64,000 nt of DNA from Aulosira sp. ZfuVER01. GTDB lineage: Bacteria; Cyanobacteriota; Cyanobacteriia; Cyanobacteriales; Nostocaceae. Each line of letters begins with the position of its first letter. Position 1 is the first letter of the stretch. The notes beneath the pieces are model-generated. The model saw only the letters and a list, made by a program, of their open reading frames with translations. It searched no databases and was not told the origin of the DNA. This document shows positions 43,301-52,900 of the stretch, piece by piece. The stretch covers positions 1-64,000 of the forward strand of contig JAVRCV020000066.1 in NCBI GenBank assembly GCA_034530615.2, written 5' to 3'. The position numbers and the translations under genes were made by a program.

Positions 43301-44182
43301 GAATTTGCTCACCAAGGGAACATCTCAAAAGCGATGACACTTTGGGAGCAATCCTTGGAAATATCTCAGCAGATTGGTGATGTTCTTGGCAAAGCCAGTA
43401 TCCTCAACAACATGGCATTGCAATTCGCCAATCAAGGGGACATCCTAAAAGCGATTGTACTTTGGGAGCAATCCTTGGAAATATCTCAACAGATTGGTAA
43501 TGTCAAAGGCAAAGCCAGTATCCTCAACAACATGGCAGCAGTAATCGCCCAACAAGGGGACATCCCAAAAGTGATCGCACTTTGGGAGCAATCTTTGGAA
43601 ATATTTGAGCAGATTGGTGATGTTGGTGGCAAAGCTGCTACTCTCAACAACATGGCACAGGTATTCGTCCAACAAGGGGACATCCCAAAAGCGATCGCAC
43701 TCTGGAGGCAAGTCGTTTCCATACTTGTACAAATACGGGCTTATAGTAATTTGGTGACAGTACTGTGGAACTTAGGCATAACGGCTGAAAGCAACGGTTT
43801 GGTTTACTTAGCGCAAGCACTCTGGCTGACGCTGAAGATTCAAGCGCCCTTAGCAGATACCATTAACCTAATCCGTGCTCTTTATAGGAGAGTGCCTCAA
43901 GGCGATGAACTACAAGCTTTACTAGGGACAATGGCAATATTCTTTTGTAGTGGACGAGGTGAAGGTAATCCGCAGTTAGAGGAACTTCAAGAGCGTAGTT
44001 GGCAGATGATATTAGGGGCAGCGGGTGTCCAAGAAATTGATACACAGGAAGCGTTTGAGGCTTGGTTTGTCCAGCAACGCCTGAATGATCCAGAATATTT
44101 CCTTCCCCGACTCAATCAACGCCTAGAGGAGATTGTTGGCGATGGGTGGGTGTTTGAGCGTAGTCAGGTTGTGGGGGAATGA
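40355..44182 (+). CDS. CHAT (caspase-like) protease - STAND/NB-ARC-like ATPase - TPR protein
   Basis: LPWELL, HLTGHG and LSGC dyad; FVGR, GMGGLGKST, LLVLDDFE, VTCR, GNP; 40-aa TPR repeats. Confidence 0.88.
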   Translation: MPLTFTFALSQQQTFELRCNYGSRRLDKPELAALIDLSEQNYYTQQTDRLPYLTQLGRQLYQWLDGKEGWLRRALDEADEQTIYLDLIQTSEAQGLNADTERVALGLAHLPWELLHDGNGFLIERRDISVLPVRAVQQRQTQVIGVQNRPLRLLFMATSPEDPRVPPLKFEQEEANILQATKDQPLALIVEESGSVAELANLVKSYPEDYFDVFHLTGHGIIYTQKDYGFLLPKGESLPDNTPCFITEDEVGNLQLTTVNDLAKAFRGRWPRVTFLSGCHTGQVPNKGTVPSMAQALVKAGAGMVLGWARPVFDNTGIVAAQALYQALATGATVEAAVKAAQQEMIDKERTDWHLLRVYRDTREIAELVTPLRTPKREKLKFTVPEQEFLDEHNQVKVASRLEFVGRRRPLQRCLRALRETSEQIGVFIAGMGGLGKSTLAARLCTRVEAQRPNFARVVLIGVLDESGLLNKLSSKFERFADVPALLNKPKVTLKGRLQNFFAAIEQEHNQPLLLVLDDFEQNIPKANIEDGSLRMTAQTYEILEAICAALAENGGESRLIVTCRYLKADTLPPHRLHLESLAGMSSSDIDKICFALDKEVKQQLRTQRILKIADGNPRLLKWLLEVIQQPGIAADELLSRLEATEQKFREDVVAQTLLDALDVEEQKFLARLSVFNLPVTEEIVRAISPVNDLAVLGKLTSLSLVESATTYPNQPVNYRVTTILEPLLEPVLTEEEWQATQKEAVRKIHQAWWEESEQTTEAKAMEIVRLGLLAIEQEITTRIGAGIASHWMNNSRFVEAFDLCEQVLAVFTDYRILGTVAHAEKVLGLVQEAVTHYQKALDLCPEDDFQEKASILNNMAGVFAHQGEIPKAMTLWEQSLVISQQIYDVGGKASILNNMASVIAQQGEIPKAIALWEQSLQIKEQIGDVGGKATVFNHMAQVIAQQGDIPKAMTLWEQSLEISQQIGDVLGKATIFNNMALEFAHQGNISKAMTLWEQSLEISQQIGDVLGKASILNNMALQFANQGDILKAIVLWEQSLEISQQIGNVKGKASILNNMAAVIAQQGDIPKVIALWEQSLEIFEQIGDVGGKAATLNNMAQVFVQQGDIPKAIALWRQVVSILVQIRAYSNLVTVLWNLGITAESNGLVYLAQALWLTLKIQAPLADTINLIRALYRRVPQGDELQALLGTMAIFFCSGRGEGNPQLEELQERSWQMILGAAGVQEIDTQEAFEAWFVQQRLNDPEYFLPRLNQRLEEIVGDGWVFERSQVVGE
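42911..43705 (+). repeat. 120-bp coding tandem repeat, about 6.6 copies (TPR units)
   Basis: Units start at 42911, 43031, 43151, 43271, 43391, 43511 and 43631. Confidence 0.95.
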
Positions 44183-44382
44183 GGGAGATGAGGGGGAGTG
44201 CGATCGCGTTAATCTTAAATTAATGGCTGACAATGCGATCGGCTAATGCAATCCTTCAATATCACACTACCAGATGCAATAAAGCCTTAGTTTCTCAGGT
44301 TTGGGGATCGTCTTTTGAGTGAATCCTAGCCTACGATTAAGTTGAGAGAATCCCAAGAAGGCAGTTCTGGAGTGAGGCATTT

Positions 44383-47300
44383 ATGAGCCAGTATCTTTCC
44401 AGTAATCTCACTGGTACTGAAGAAACAGAGGTTTTTGTTTTTGCCGCTTCTTTTGCCCAGCAACGGTTATGGTTTCTCAACCAGTTAGTACCAGGCAATC
44501 CATTTTATAATGTGCCAACAGCACTTCGCCTGAGCGGTTCCCTCAACTTCACCGCCTTACAGCAGACATTTAACGAAATTGTCCGCCGCCACGAAACCTT
44601 ACGCACTACGTTTGTAATGGCAGAAGGGCAACTTCTACAGGTAATAGCTCCCACCTTAACCATACCTTTGCCTGTCATAGACCTGCGCAATTTTGAGAGC
44701 CAAGAACGCGAACAACAAGCGCAGCGACTCGCAACCGTAGAAGCTCAACATTCTTTCAATCTGAACACCGGGCCATTGTTGCGATTGACGCTGCTACAAC
44801 TTGATGCAGCAGAATATATCCTACTGCTGAATTTGCATCATATTGTTGCTGATGGTTGGTCTATTGGCGTGCTAATTAGAGAACTAGGCGCACTATATAA
44901 AGCATTTGTCGAGAATAAACCATCGCCTTTGCCAGAACTAACCATTCAGTATGCAGATTTTGCCGAATGGCAGCGGGAGTGGTTGCAACAAGTTGGAACT
45001 AACGGCTGTACACCCCTTGAAACTCAATTAGCTTACTGGAAACAACAGTTAGATGGGGTTTCGCTGCTGAATCTTGCCACAGACAAGTTAAGGCCGGCGG
45101 TTTCCACCTATCAAGGTGCGAAACAATTTATAGAACTACCGCAGTATTTAACTCACAAGCTAGAGCAACTTAGTCAGCAAACAGGTGTTACCTTATTCAT
45201 GACTCTGTTAGCAGCATTCGGGACTTTACTTTATCGCTACACCCAGCAAGAGGATATTGCTGTTGGTACGCCTATTGCCAATCGCAACCGCAGCGAAATA
45301 GAAGGTTTAATTGGTTTTTTTGTTAATAGTTTGGTGTTACGTACTGATTTTTCCGGCAATCCGACGTTTCGAGAATTGTTGCAGCGGGTGCGCGAGGTAA
45401 CTTTGGCAGCATACAACCATCAAGAATTGCCTTTTGAAAAGCTGGTTGAGGAACTGCAACAACAACGAGATTTAAGTCGCCATCCTTTGTTTGGGGTAGT
45501 ATTTAGCCTGCAAAATACTCCCATTCAAGCGCTAGAGTTACCAGGGTTGAGGCTTTCGCAGTTTGATTTCGATAGCAAAACAGCCAAGCTCGATTTAGAG
45601 TTTCACCTGTGGCAAGATTTAGAAAGTCTCAAAGGAGAAGTAGTTTATAGCACCGATTTATTTGATGATATTACTATTACTCGGATGCTGGGGCATTTCC
45701 AAACACTGCTAGAAAGTATTGTTGCCAATTCAGAACAGCGCTTAACAGACTTGCCTTTATTAACTGCAAATGAACAGCAGCAGTTATTGATTGAGTGGAA
45801 TGATACTAAAAGAGAATACGCAGAGAATAAGTGTTTTCATGAGTTATTTGCAGCACAGGTAGAGAAAACGCCGGATGCGATCGCGCTAGTATTTGAACAG
45901 AAACAGTTAACCTATCGCGAACTCAATACTCAAGCCAACCAACTTGCAAGCTACCTACAACAATTGGGAGTACTCCCAGATAGTTTAGTTGGGATTTGCG
46001 TAGAGCGTTCGCTAGAGATGATAGTTGCACTCTTAGGCATCTTCAAGGCTGGTGGTGCATACCTACCTTTAGATCCTAGCTATCCTCAAGAACGTCTTCA
46101 ATTCATGCTAGAAGACACAAAAGTATCAGTTTTGGTAACTCAACAGAAATTTGTTGAGCTTTTTGGGAACGCGGCAATATCTGTAGTTTACTTGGATCGG
46201 GATAGAGAAATAATGGCTTCCCAAAGTCAAGAAAACCCAAATAGCTATGTAACATCTAGCAACTTAGCTTATGTTATTTACACCTCTGGCTCAACAGGCA
46301 AGCCTAAAGGCGTTTTAATCGAACATCGAGGACTTTCTAACTTAATAAAAGCTCAGATTGAAGTTTTTAACTTGCAGCGAAGTAACCGTATTCTGCAATT
46401 TGCATCCTTAAGTTTTGATGCGGCAATTTTTGAGATTGTCATGGCGCTGGGAACAGGAGCAACTCTATATTTAGCAAAGCAAGAATCCCTGCTACCCGGT
46501 CAAAGTTTAATTCAATTATTGCGCGAAAACGCTATTACTCACATTACCCTTCCACCTGCTGTTTTGGTAGTTCTTCCTACAGAATCACTTCCCGCATTGG
46601 AAACTATCATTTGTGCAGGTGAATCTTGTTCCCAGGAGATTGTAAAACGTTGGTGGAGTCCTAATCGGAGATTTTTTAACGCTTACGGCCCAACTGAAGT
46701 AACCGTTTGGTCAACTATTGCTGAAATTAATTCTATTTGTGAAAAACCGCCCATTGGTCGCCCTATTGCTAACACTCAAATTTATATACTAGATAAACAT
46801 TTACAATCTGTACCAATCGGAATTCCTGGTGAAATATATATTGGTGGTCAGGGAATTGCACGAGGCTACCTCAACCTTGATGAATTAACTTTTGAAAAGT
46901 TCATCTCTAATCCTTTTGCCAAAGTAGAAGGAAGTCGTCTATATAGAACAGGTGATTTAGCTCGTTATCGACCAGATGGCAATATTGAATTTTTGAGTCG
47001 CATCGATAATCAAGTAAAAATTCGCGGCTTCCGTATTGAGTTGTTAGAGATTGAATCAGTACTAAATCAGCATGAAAGTGTGGCAGAAGCAGTAGTGGTG
47101 GCTCAAGAAATTGTATCTGGTGAAAAGGACTTAGTAGCTTATATTGTTCCCAAATTAAAGCAGACAGAAATAACAAATAAACTACGAATATTTATCAAAG
47201 ATAAATTACCAGAATACATGGTTCCAAAAATCTTTGTAATATTAGATTCTCTACCCCTCACTCCTAATGGCAAAGTTAACCGCCAAGAACTAGCAGAACT

Positions 47301-48465
47301 TGATATTTCAAATAGCCGTTCCATAGATAAAATCTTTATCGCTCCTCGTAATTCAACCGAGTTAAAGTTGGCAGAAATTTGGGCTGAAGTGCTGAAAATT
47401 GAGCGTATAGGTATTTATGATAACTTTTTTGACTTGGGAGGTAATTCATTACTGTCTGTACGTTTATTAGAACATATACATCAGCAATTTGAGCGTGATT
47501 TACCGTTATCTACCTTATTTTTAAACCCAACAATTGAAAGTTTAGCTACTTCTTTATCAACAAAAACAGATTCTCTACCTTGGTCGCCTTTAGCTAAGAT
47601 TCAGCCTACTGGCTCCAATCCACCTTTTTTCTGTGTTCATCCTATTTTTGGTGTTGTCTTTCCTTATTACGAATTAGCTCATCATTTAGGAAATAATCAA
47701 CCATTTTATGGGTTGCAATCTATAGGTATTGATGGGAAAAATGCTCCGCTAACTAGTATTGAAGATATGGCTAGCCACTACATTAAAGCATTACGTCAAG
47801 TGCAGCCAAAAGGCCCTTATTTTTTAGGCGGTTGGTCTTTTGGTGGTTTCGTTGCTTTTGAAATGGCTCAACAACTTCTAAAGTCTGGGGATGATGTGGC
47901 TCTAGTTGCTATGCTAGACACTTTAGCACCACTTCCTGAAAATATACCTTCCTTAGGTAAGAGCTTGAAGTTTCTTCTTACTACCGTGGCGCGAGATATA
48001 TGGCCTTTTTTCTTGCAATATTGTTGTCTCATAGCGGCTTATATCAAAACTAAAATTAATAATTTAATTTCTCAAATTTTTAATAAATTTAATGAAGCGT
48101 CAGAGACTAATTTATTATCGCACATACTTTTAAAACAGGGTTCTAGAATCAAGTTAATATCTGAGAGGAAGAATTTAGGTCTGTTAAATGAATTAGCAAT
48201 TATCCCAATCTTGCGTACTTTCTACGCTAATAGCCAAGCAGTTATCAACTATATTCCACAAGTGTACCCTAAGCAAATTACTCTGTTTAAAACAAGTAAG
48301 ACATCACGTATGGCTGAGAAGGATTTGAGTATGGGGTGGGATAAGTTGGCTGTCGAGAAAACAGAAATTCATACTATTCCCGGTAATCACCTCACCATTT
48401 TGAGAAAGCCTAATATCCAAGTTCTGGCTGCAAAGTTGAAAGCTTGTATTGAAAAGAGGATTTAG
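44383..48465 (+). CDS. NRPS termination module C-A-T-TE
   Basis: HHIVADG, YTSGSTGKPKG, NAYGPTE, GGNSL, TE GWSFG and GNH; hand-read code DAFTIAAVWK. Confidence 0.95.
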   Translation: MSQYLSSNLTGTEETEVFVFAASFAQQRLWFLNQLVPGNPFYNVPTALRLSGSLNFTALQQTFNEIVRRHETLRTTFVMAEGQLLQVIAPTLTIPLPVIDLRNFESQEREQQAQRLATVEAQHSFNLNTGPLLRLTLLQLDAAEYILLLNLHHIVADGWSIGVLIRELGALYKAFVENKPSPLPELTIQYADFAEWQREWLQQVGTNGCTPLETQLAYWKQQLDGVSLLNLATDKLRPAVSTYQGAKQFIELPQYLTHKLEQLSQQTGVTLFMTLLAAFGTLLYRYTQQEDIAVGTPIANRNRSEIEGLIGFFVNSLVLRTDFSGNPTFRELLQRVREVTLAAYNHQELPFEKLVEELQQQRDLSRHPLFGVVFSLQNTPIQALELPGLRLSQFDFDSKTAKLDLEFHLWQDLESLKGEVVYSTDLFDDITITRMLGHFQTLLESIVANSEQRLTDLPLLTANEQQQLLIEWNDTKREYAENKCFHELFAAQVEKTPDAIALVFEQKQLTYRELNTQANQLASYLQQLGVLPDSLVGICVERSLEMIVALLGIFKAGGAYLPLDPSYPQERLQFMLEDTKVSVLVTQQKFVELFGNAAISVVYLDRDREIMASQSQENPNSYVTSSNLAYVIYTSGSTGKPKGVLIEHRGLSNLIKAQIEVFNLQRSNRILQFASLSFDAAIFEIVMALGTGATLYLAKQESLLPGQSLIQLLRENAITHITLPPAVLVVLPTESLPALETIICAGESCSQEIVKRWWSPNRRFFNAYGPTEVTVWSTIAEINSICEKPPIGRPIANTQIYILDKHLQSVPIGIPGEIYIGGQGIARGYLNLDELTFEKFISNPFAKVEGSRLYRTGDLARYRPDGNIEFLSRIDNQVKIRGFRIELLEIESVLNQHESVAEAVVVAQEIVSGEKDLVAYIVPKLKQTEITNKLRIFIKDKLPEYMVPKIFVILDSLPLTPNGKVNRQELAELDISNSRSIDKIFIAPRNSTELKLAEIWAEVLKIERIGIYDNFFDLGGNSLLSVRLLEHIHQQFERDLPLSTLFLNPTIESLATSLSTKTDSLPWSPLAKIQPTGSNPPFFCVHPIFGVVFPYYELAHHLGNNQPFYGLQSIGIDGKNAPLTSIEDMASHYIKALRQVQPKGPYFLGGWSFGGFVAFEMAQQLLKSGDDVALVAMLDTLAPLPENIPSLGKSLKFLLTTVARDIWPFFLQYCCLIAAYIKTKINNLISQIFNKFNEASETNLLSHILLKQGSRIKLISERKNLGLLNELAIIPILRTFYANSQAVINYIPQVYPKQITLFKTSKTSRMAEKDLSMGWDKLAVEKTEIHTIPGNHLTILRKPNIQVLAAKLKACIEKRI

Positions 48466-48600
48466 GACATTTTTAAATTCACAAGGGAATTTTTGACTTT
48501 TATAGTCGTATTCAGCAATGCGAAATTTTAACTTTTGCGATCGCACTCCAAAATCTGAGCTAGCGTAAAAATATTATGCTTATGCAACCATCTATAGCTT

Positions 48601-49602
48601 GTGGACACGCAAAAAGTCGCAGTCTTGAATAGTCCGGCTTGCTACTTCCCCCTGATGAACGGACGCTACGAAGTTAAGCCAGGGATGATGGCGTTTGGCT
48701 CTGATTTCGGTAATGGTGAAGCTGATAGACAAGTGTTTCAAATTGATGAAAATTTTGCTGATTATCGCCAGGCTAAACTTTTAGCGCGTGCCGAACGGTT
48801 GAGTAAATACTACCAGACCTATAAATATTCTACAGTTGTGGCAGGTGCGATCGCTCGTTTGATAGTTGAGCGTCTCACCCAAGATCATCCACAATACTTT
48901 GGCTACCAAAAATCAACAGCAAACACCTTGATATTTCATAGCCAACTCACCAAAGAAACGCTTTATCTAGATGCAGACTGGCAATTACAGCAAGTCGAGG
49001 GTAGTTCAGTTTTTCCAGCTTACACTTCTACCCTTGATGCTCTAGCAGGACAGATACAAGAAGACCTCACAGTTATCTGTCGTGGAAACAATGGTTGCAA
49101 TTGGCTGAGTGCGGTTCATTTATGCTATCCCAATCATTGGTCAGCTGAGGACAAAATTGGTAAAGATTTTGCAGCCATCCATACGCCTGTTGCAGGTATA
49201 GAAAAAATTAATCACCGAGCAGATGCGATCGTTAAGACTATGATTACTAATAAACCAATGGTGCGTTTTGCTTGGGGTTTGAGTACCGATACTCGCCTAA
49301 ACCACCATCCCGAACCACCGCCTGGTTTTTCAGTTAACCAGTGGCAAGGTAGAAACTTTGATCCTCAAAATCCTAGACTTTACTTGCGAATTGAGCGCCA
49401 AGTAATTTGGGGACTACCAGAGTATGAAGCAGCATTATTTACTATTCGTACTTATTTCAGAGATTGTAGCTCAATCAAAAAAGATTCACAGTTACGAGTT
49501 AAACTGTTTGCTGCGATTGAGTCTATGACACCAGAATCACTGGTTTATAAGGGATTAGCAGCCAGTAAAGCTAGTATTTTACATTGGCTAAATGAAGTTT
49601 GA
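48601..49602 (+). CDS. DUF3445 / heme-dependent oxidative N-demethylase alpha-subunit-like protein
   Basis: QEDL, LCYPNHW, KIG..F..IH.PV, R..W, LRIERQ, LFTIRTY motifs. Confidence 0.75.
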   Translation: MDTQKVAVLNSPACYFPLMNGRYEVKPGMMAFGSDFGNGEADRQVFQIDENFADYRQAKLLARAERLSKYYQTYKYSTVVAGAIARLIVERLTQDHPQYFGYQKSTANTLIFHSQLTKETLYLDADWQLQQVEGSSVFPAYTSTLDALAGQIQEDLTVICRGNNGCNWLSAVHLCYPNHWSAEDKIGKDFAAIHTPVAGIEKINHRADAIVKTMITNKPMVRFAWGLSTDTRLNHHPEPPPGFSVNQWQGRNFDPQNPRLYLRIERQVIWGLPEYEAALFTIRTYFRDCSSIKKDSQLRVKLFAAIESMTPESLVYKGLAASKASILHWLNEV

Positions 49603-49713
49603 AAAATTACCAAAATAGTAAATATTGTTTGATATAAGACTTACACATTTGCATAAAATACCCAATATGTATGATTTAAGAAACCACATTGATTGTAGGG
49701 GTTTAGCATTGCT

Positions 49714-49903
49714 CACTGGTGTCAACTTAAGCTTAGAAGCATACAGCGTAAGTCTTTGGGGTTCTCTCTCTTAACACCATAAACTTTTGATCCCCCCTAA
49801 CCCCCTTAAAAAAGGGGGAATTAGAATCTTAGCCCCCTTTTTAAGGGGGTTGGGGGATCAAATATCTTACAACAAAGGGTTTCACGTTAAGTTGACATGT
49901 ATA
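49714..49903. mobile_element. 190-bp MITE inserted into a REP palindrome
   Basis: TGTCAACTTAA/TTAAGTTGACA inverted termini; AGCATTGCT direct repeat at 49705-49713 and 49904-49912; internal palindrome at 49786-49862. Confidence 0.8.
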
Positions 49904-49978
49904 AGCATTGCTAAACCCCTACAGTGCTAACAATTTTTAATCCAAAATATAAAATTCAAAATTGATATAAGGTGCAAT

Positions 49979-52900
49979 ATGTCTTCTGAAGAAGTTTTTG
50001 TCTTTCCAGCATCTTTCGCTCAACAACGGCTGTGGTTCCTCGAGCAGTTGAATCCCGGTGATAGTATTTACAATGTGCCTACAGCAATTCGTTTAACAGG
50101 TTCGCTGAACTTAGCGGCGCTAGAGCAGACGTTTAACGAAATTGTGCGTCGCCACGAGGTTCTCCGTACTAGCTTTACAGTGTTGGATGGACAACCTTTG
50201 CAAGTTATATCACCCAGCTTAACAATACCTCTTAGTCTATTAGACCTACAGCAATTACCAATTGATACACGGGAGGCTGAAGCAAAACGCATTATTAGCG
50301 CCGAAATAGAACATCCTTTTGATTTGTCCTTCGGGCCGTTGCTGCGAGTAATATTACTTGAGCTTTCCCAGACAGAACATATTCTATTGCTGAATATGCA
50401 CCACATAATTTGTGATGATTGGTCGATTGGCTTGCTAATTCGGGAAATCAGCCTTATCTACACAGCTTTTACCCAAAACCAACCCTCGCCTTTGTTAGAA
50501 CTACCTCTTCAGTATGCTGACTTTGCCCATTGGCAACGCGAGTGGTTGCAAGGAGAAGTTTTAGAAACCCAATTAGCTTACTGGCGGCAACAATTGAACG
50601 GTATTTCAATGCTAGATTTGCCTAGCGATAAAAAGCGGCCAAATATACAAACCTATCAAGGAGCAATAGAATTTTTAGAGTTACCGCCACAGCTAACTAA
50701 TGCACTCGAAGCACTGTCCCAGCAAGAAGGTGTCACTTTATTTATGACTATGCTGGCAGCATTTCAAACTTTACTTTATCGCTACACCCATCAAGAAGAT
50801 ATTACAGTAGGTTCGCCAATTGCTAACCGTAACCGTAGTGAAATTGAAGAATTAATTGGTTTTTTTGCAAATAGTTTGGTGTTACGTACTGACCTCAGTG
50901 GAAACCCAACTTTTAAAGAACTGCTAGGCAGAGTACGAGATGTCACCCTCGGAGCATACAGTCACCAAGATTTACCTTTTGAAAAATTAGTTGAAGAACT
51001 GCAGCCAGAGCGAAATTTGAGCCACAATCCCCTATTCCAAGTGGTGTTTGGTTTCCAGAATGCCCCAATGTCAGCACTAGAACTGCCTGGGCTAGTGCCT
51101 AGTTTTATGAATATTGACTTACAAAAAATCCGCTTTGATTTAGAGTTGAACTTGTGGAAGTGTTCTGAAGATTTCCGAAGCCTATGGGGAGGTAAATGGC
51201 AGCTTTCTGAAGGTATTAGAGGTGTAATGGTTTACAACACAACTTTGTTTGAAAAATCTACCATTACCCGGATGTTAGAACATTTTAAAATATTGTTATC
51301 AAGCATTGTGAGAAATGCAGATCAACCTATCAGTAATTTCTCATTACTGAGTGGACAGGAGCTACATCAGATATTAGTAGAGTGGAATGATACTCAGGCA
51401 GATTATCCTCTAGATAAGTGTATTCATCAATTATTTCAAGAGCAGGTAAAGCAGTATCCCGATTGCATAGCTGTAAGCTTTAATAATCAGCAACTCACTT
51501 ATCGAGAGTTAAATAATCGCAGTAATCAACTTGCTCACTATTTACAAAAACTGGGTGTAAAATCTGAAGTTTTAGTAGGAATTTCTGTAGAGCAATCAAT
51601 AGAATTTATTGTAGGTTTACTGGGGATTCTCAAAGCAGGCGGAGCATATCTGCCATTAGACTCTAACTATCCTCAAGAACGCATTAATTTCATGTTGGCA
51701 GATGCAAAAGTTTCTGTGTTACTGACCCAAGAAAAGTTTCTCAAGCATTTTATAGAATTTCCGCATCCAAGTATTTGTATAGATAAAGACTGGGGAATGA
51801 TCACTCAAGAGAGCGAAGAAAATATTACAAGCAACGTCAGCAGCAATAATTTAGCTTATGTAATTTACACTTCTGGTTCTACAGGGAAACCTAAAGGAGT
51901 AGCTGTAACTCACAAAGCTGTAAATCGGTTGGTGTGCAATACCAACTATATAAATTTAGAACCTACTGATAAAGTTGCTCAAGCCTCAAATATTTCCTTT
52001 GATGCAGCAACATTCGAGATTTGGGGAGCGCTACTGAACGGCGCTCAACTTGTTGGCATTAGCAAAGATGTCATCCTTTCACCTCAAGAATTGACATTAC
52101 AGCTAAAACAAAAAGGCATCAGCGTTCTGTTTTTAACTACTGCTTTATTCCAACAAATTGCCAGAAATACTCCCCAAGCTTTTGCAACCTTGCGCTATTT
52201 GCTGTTTGGTGGCGAAACTATTGATATTAGATGGGTAAGAAAAATTATTAAACATGGTGCGCCAAAGCAGTTAATTCATGTATATGGGCCTACAGAAAGT
52301 ACAACATTTTCTGCTTATTACCAGGTGCAAGAAGTACCAGAATTAGCTATATCTATTCCTATCGGTCGCCCAATTACAAATACGCAGATTTATCTACTGG
52401 ATGCTAATTTACAACCTGTTCCCATTGGTGTTGTTGGCGAGTTGTACATTGGGGGTGATGGACTAGCGCGAGAATATCTCAACCGACCTGAGTTAACTGC
52501 TGAATCCTTCATTACAATTCCGGAAACAGGGTTTATTGCAGAGGAAAGACTTTACAAAACAGGTGACTTAGGTCGCTATTTAATAGATGGCAATATTGAA
52601 TTTTTAAGTCGCATTGATAACCAAGTCAAGATTCGCGGTTTCCGCATTGAATTGGGAGAAATTGAAGCAGTACTAAGTGAACATCCAGCAGTGCAGCAAA
52701 CTGTAGTAATTGCGGCTGAAGATATCCCTGGAGAGAAGCAATTGGTAGCTTACATTGTTCCTCATCAAGAACAAAGCCCAACAAGCGTTGAGTTACGTCA
52801 ATTCATGGCAGCAAAGTTACCAGAATATATGCTACCAACAGCTTATATATTACTAGAATTTCTACCATTATCACCCAATGGTAAAGTGGATCGCCGTGCT

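Noticed and set aside
42911..43705. 120-bp repeats as a CRISPR array or DGR template/variable pair
   Set aside because: They are in-frame TPR coding units; differences are not adenine-specific and no reverse transcriptase is present
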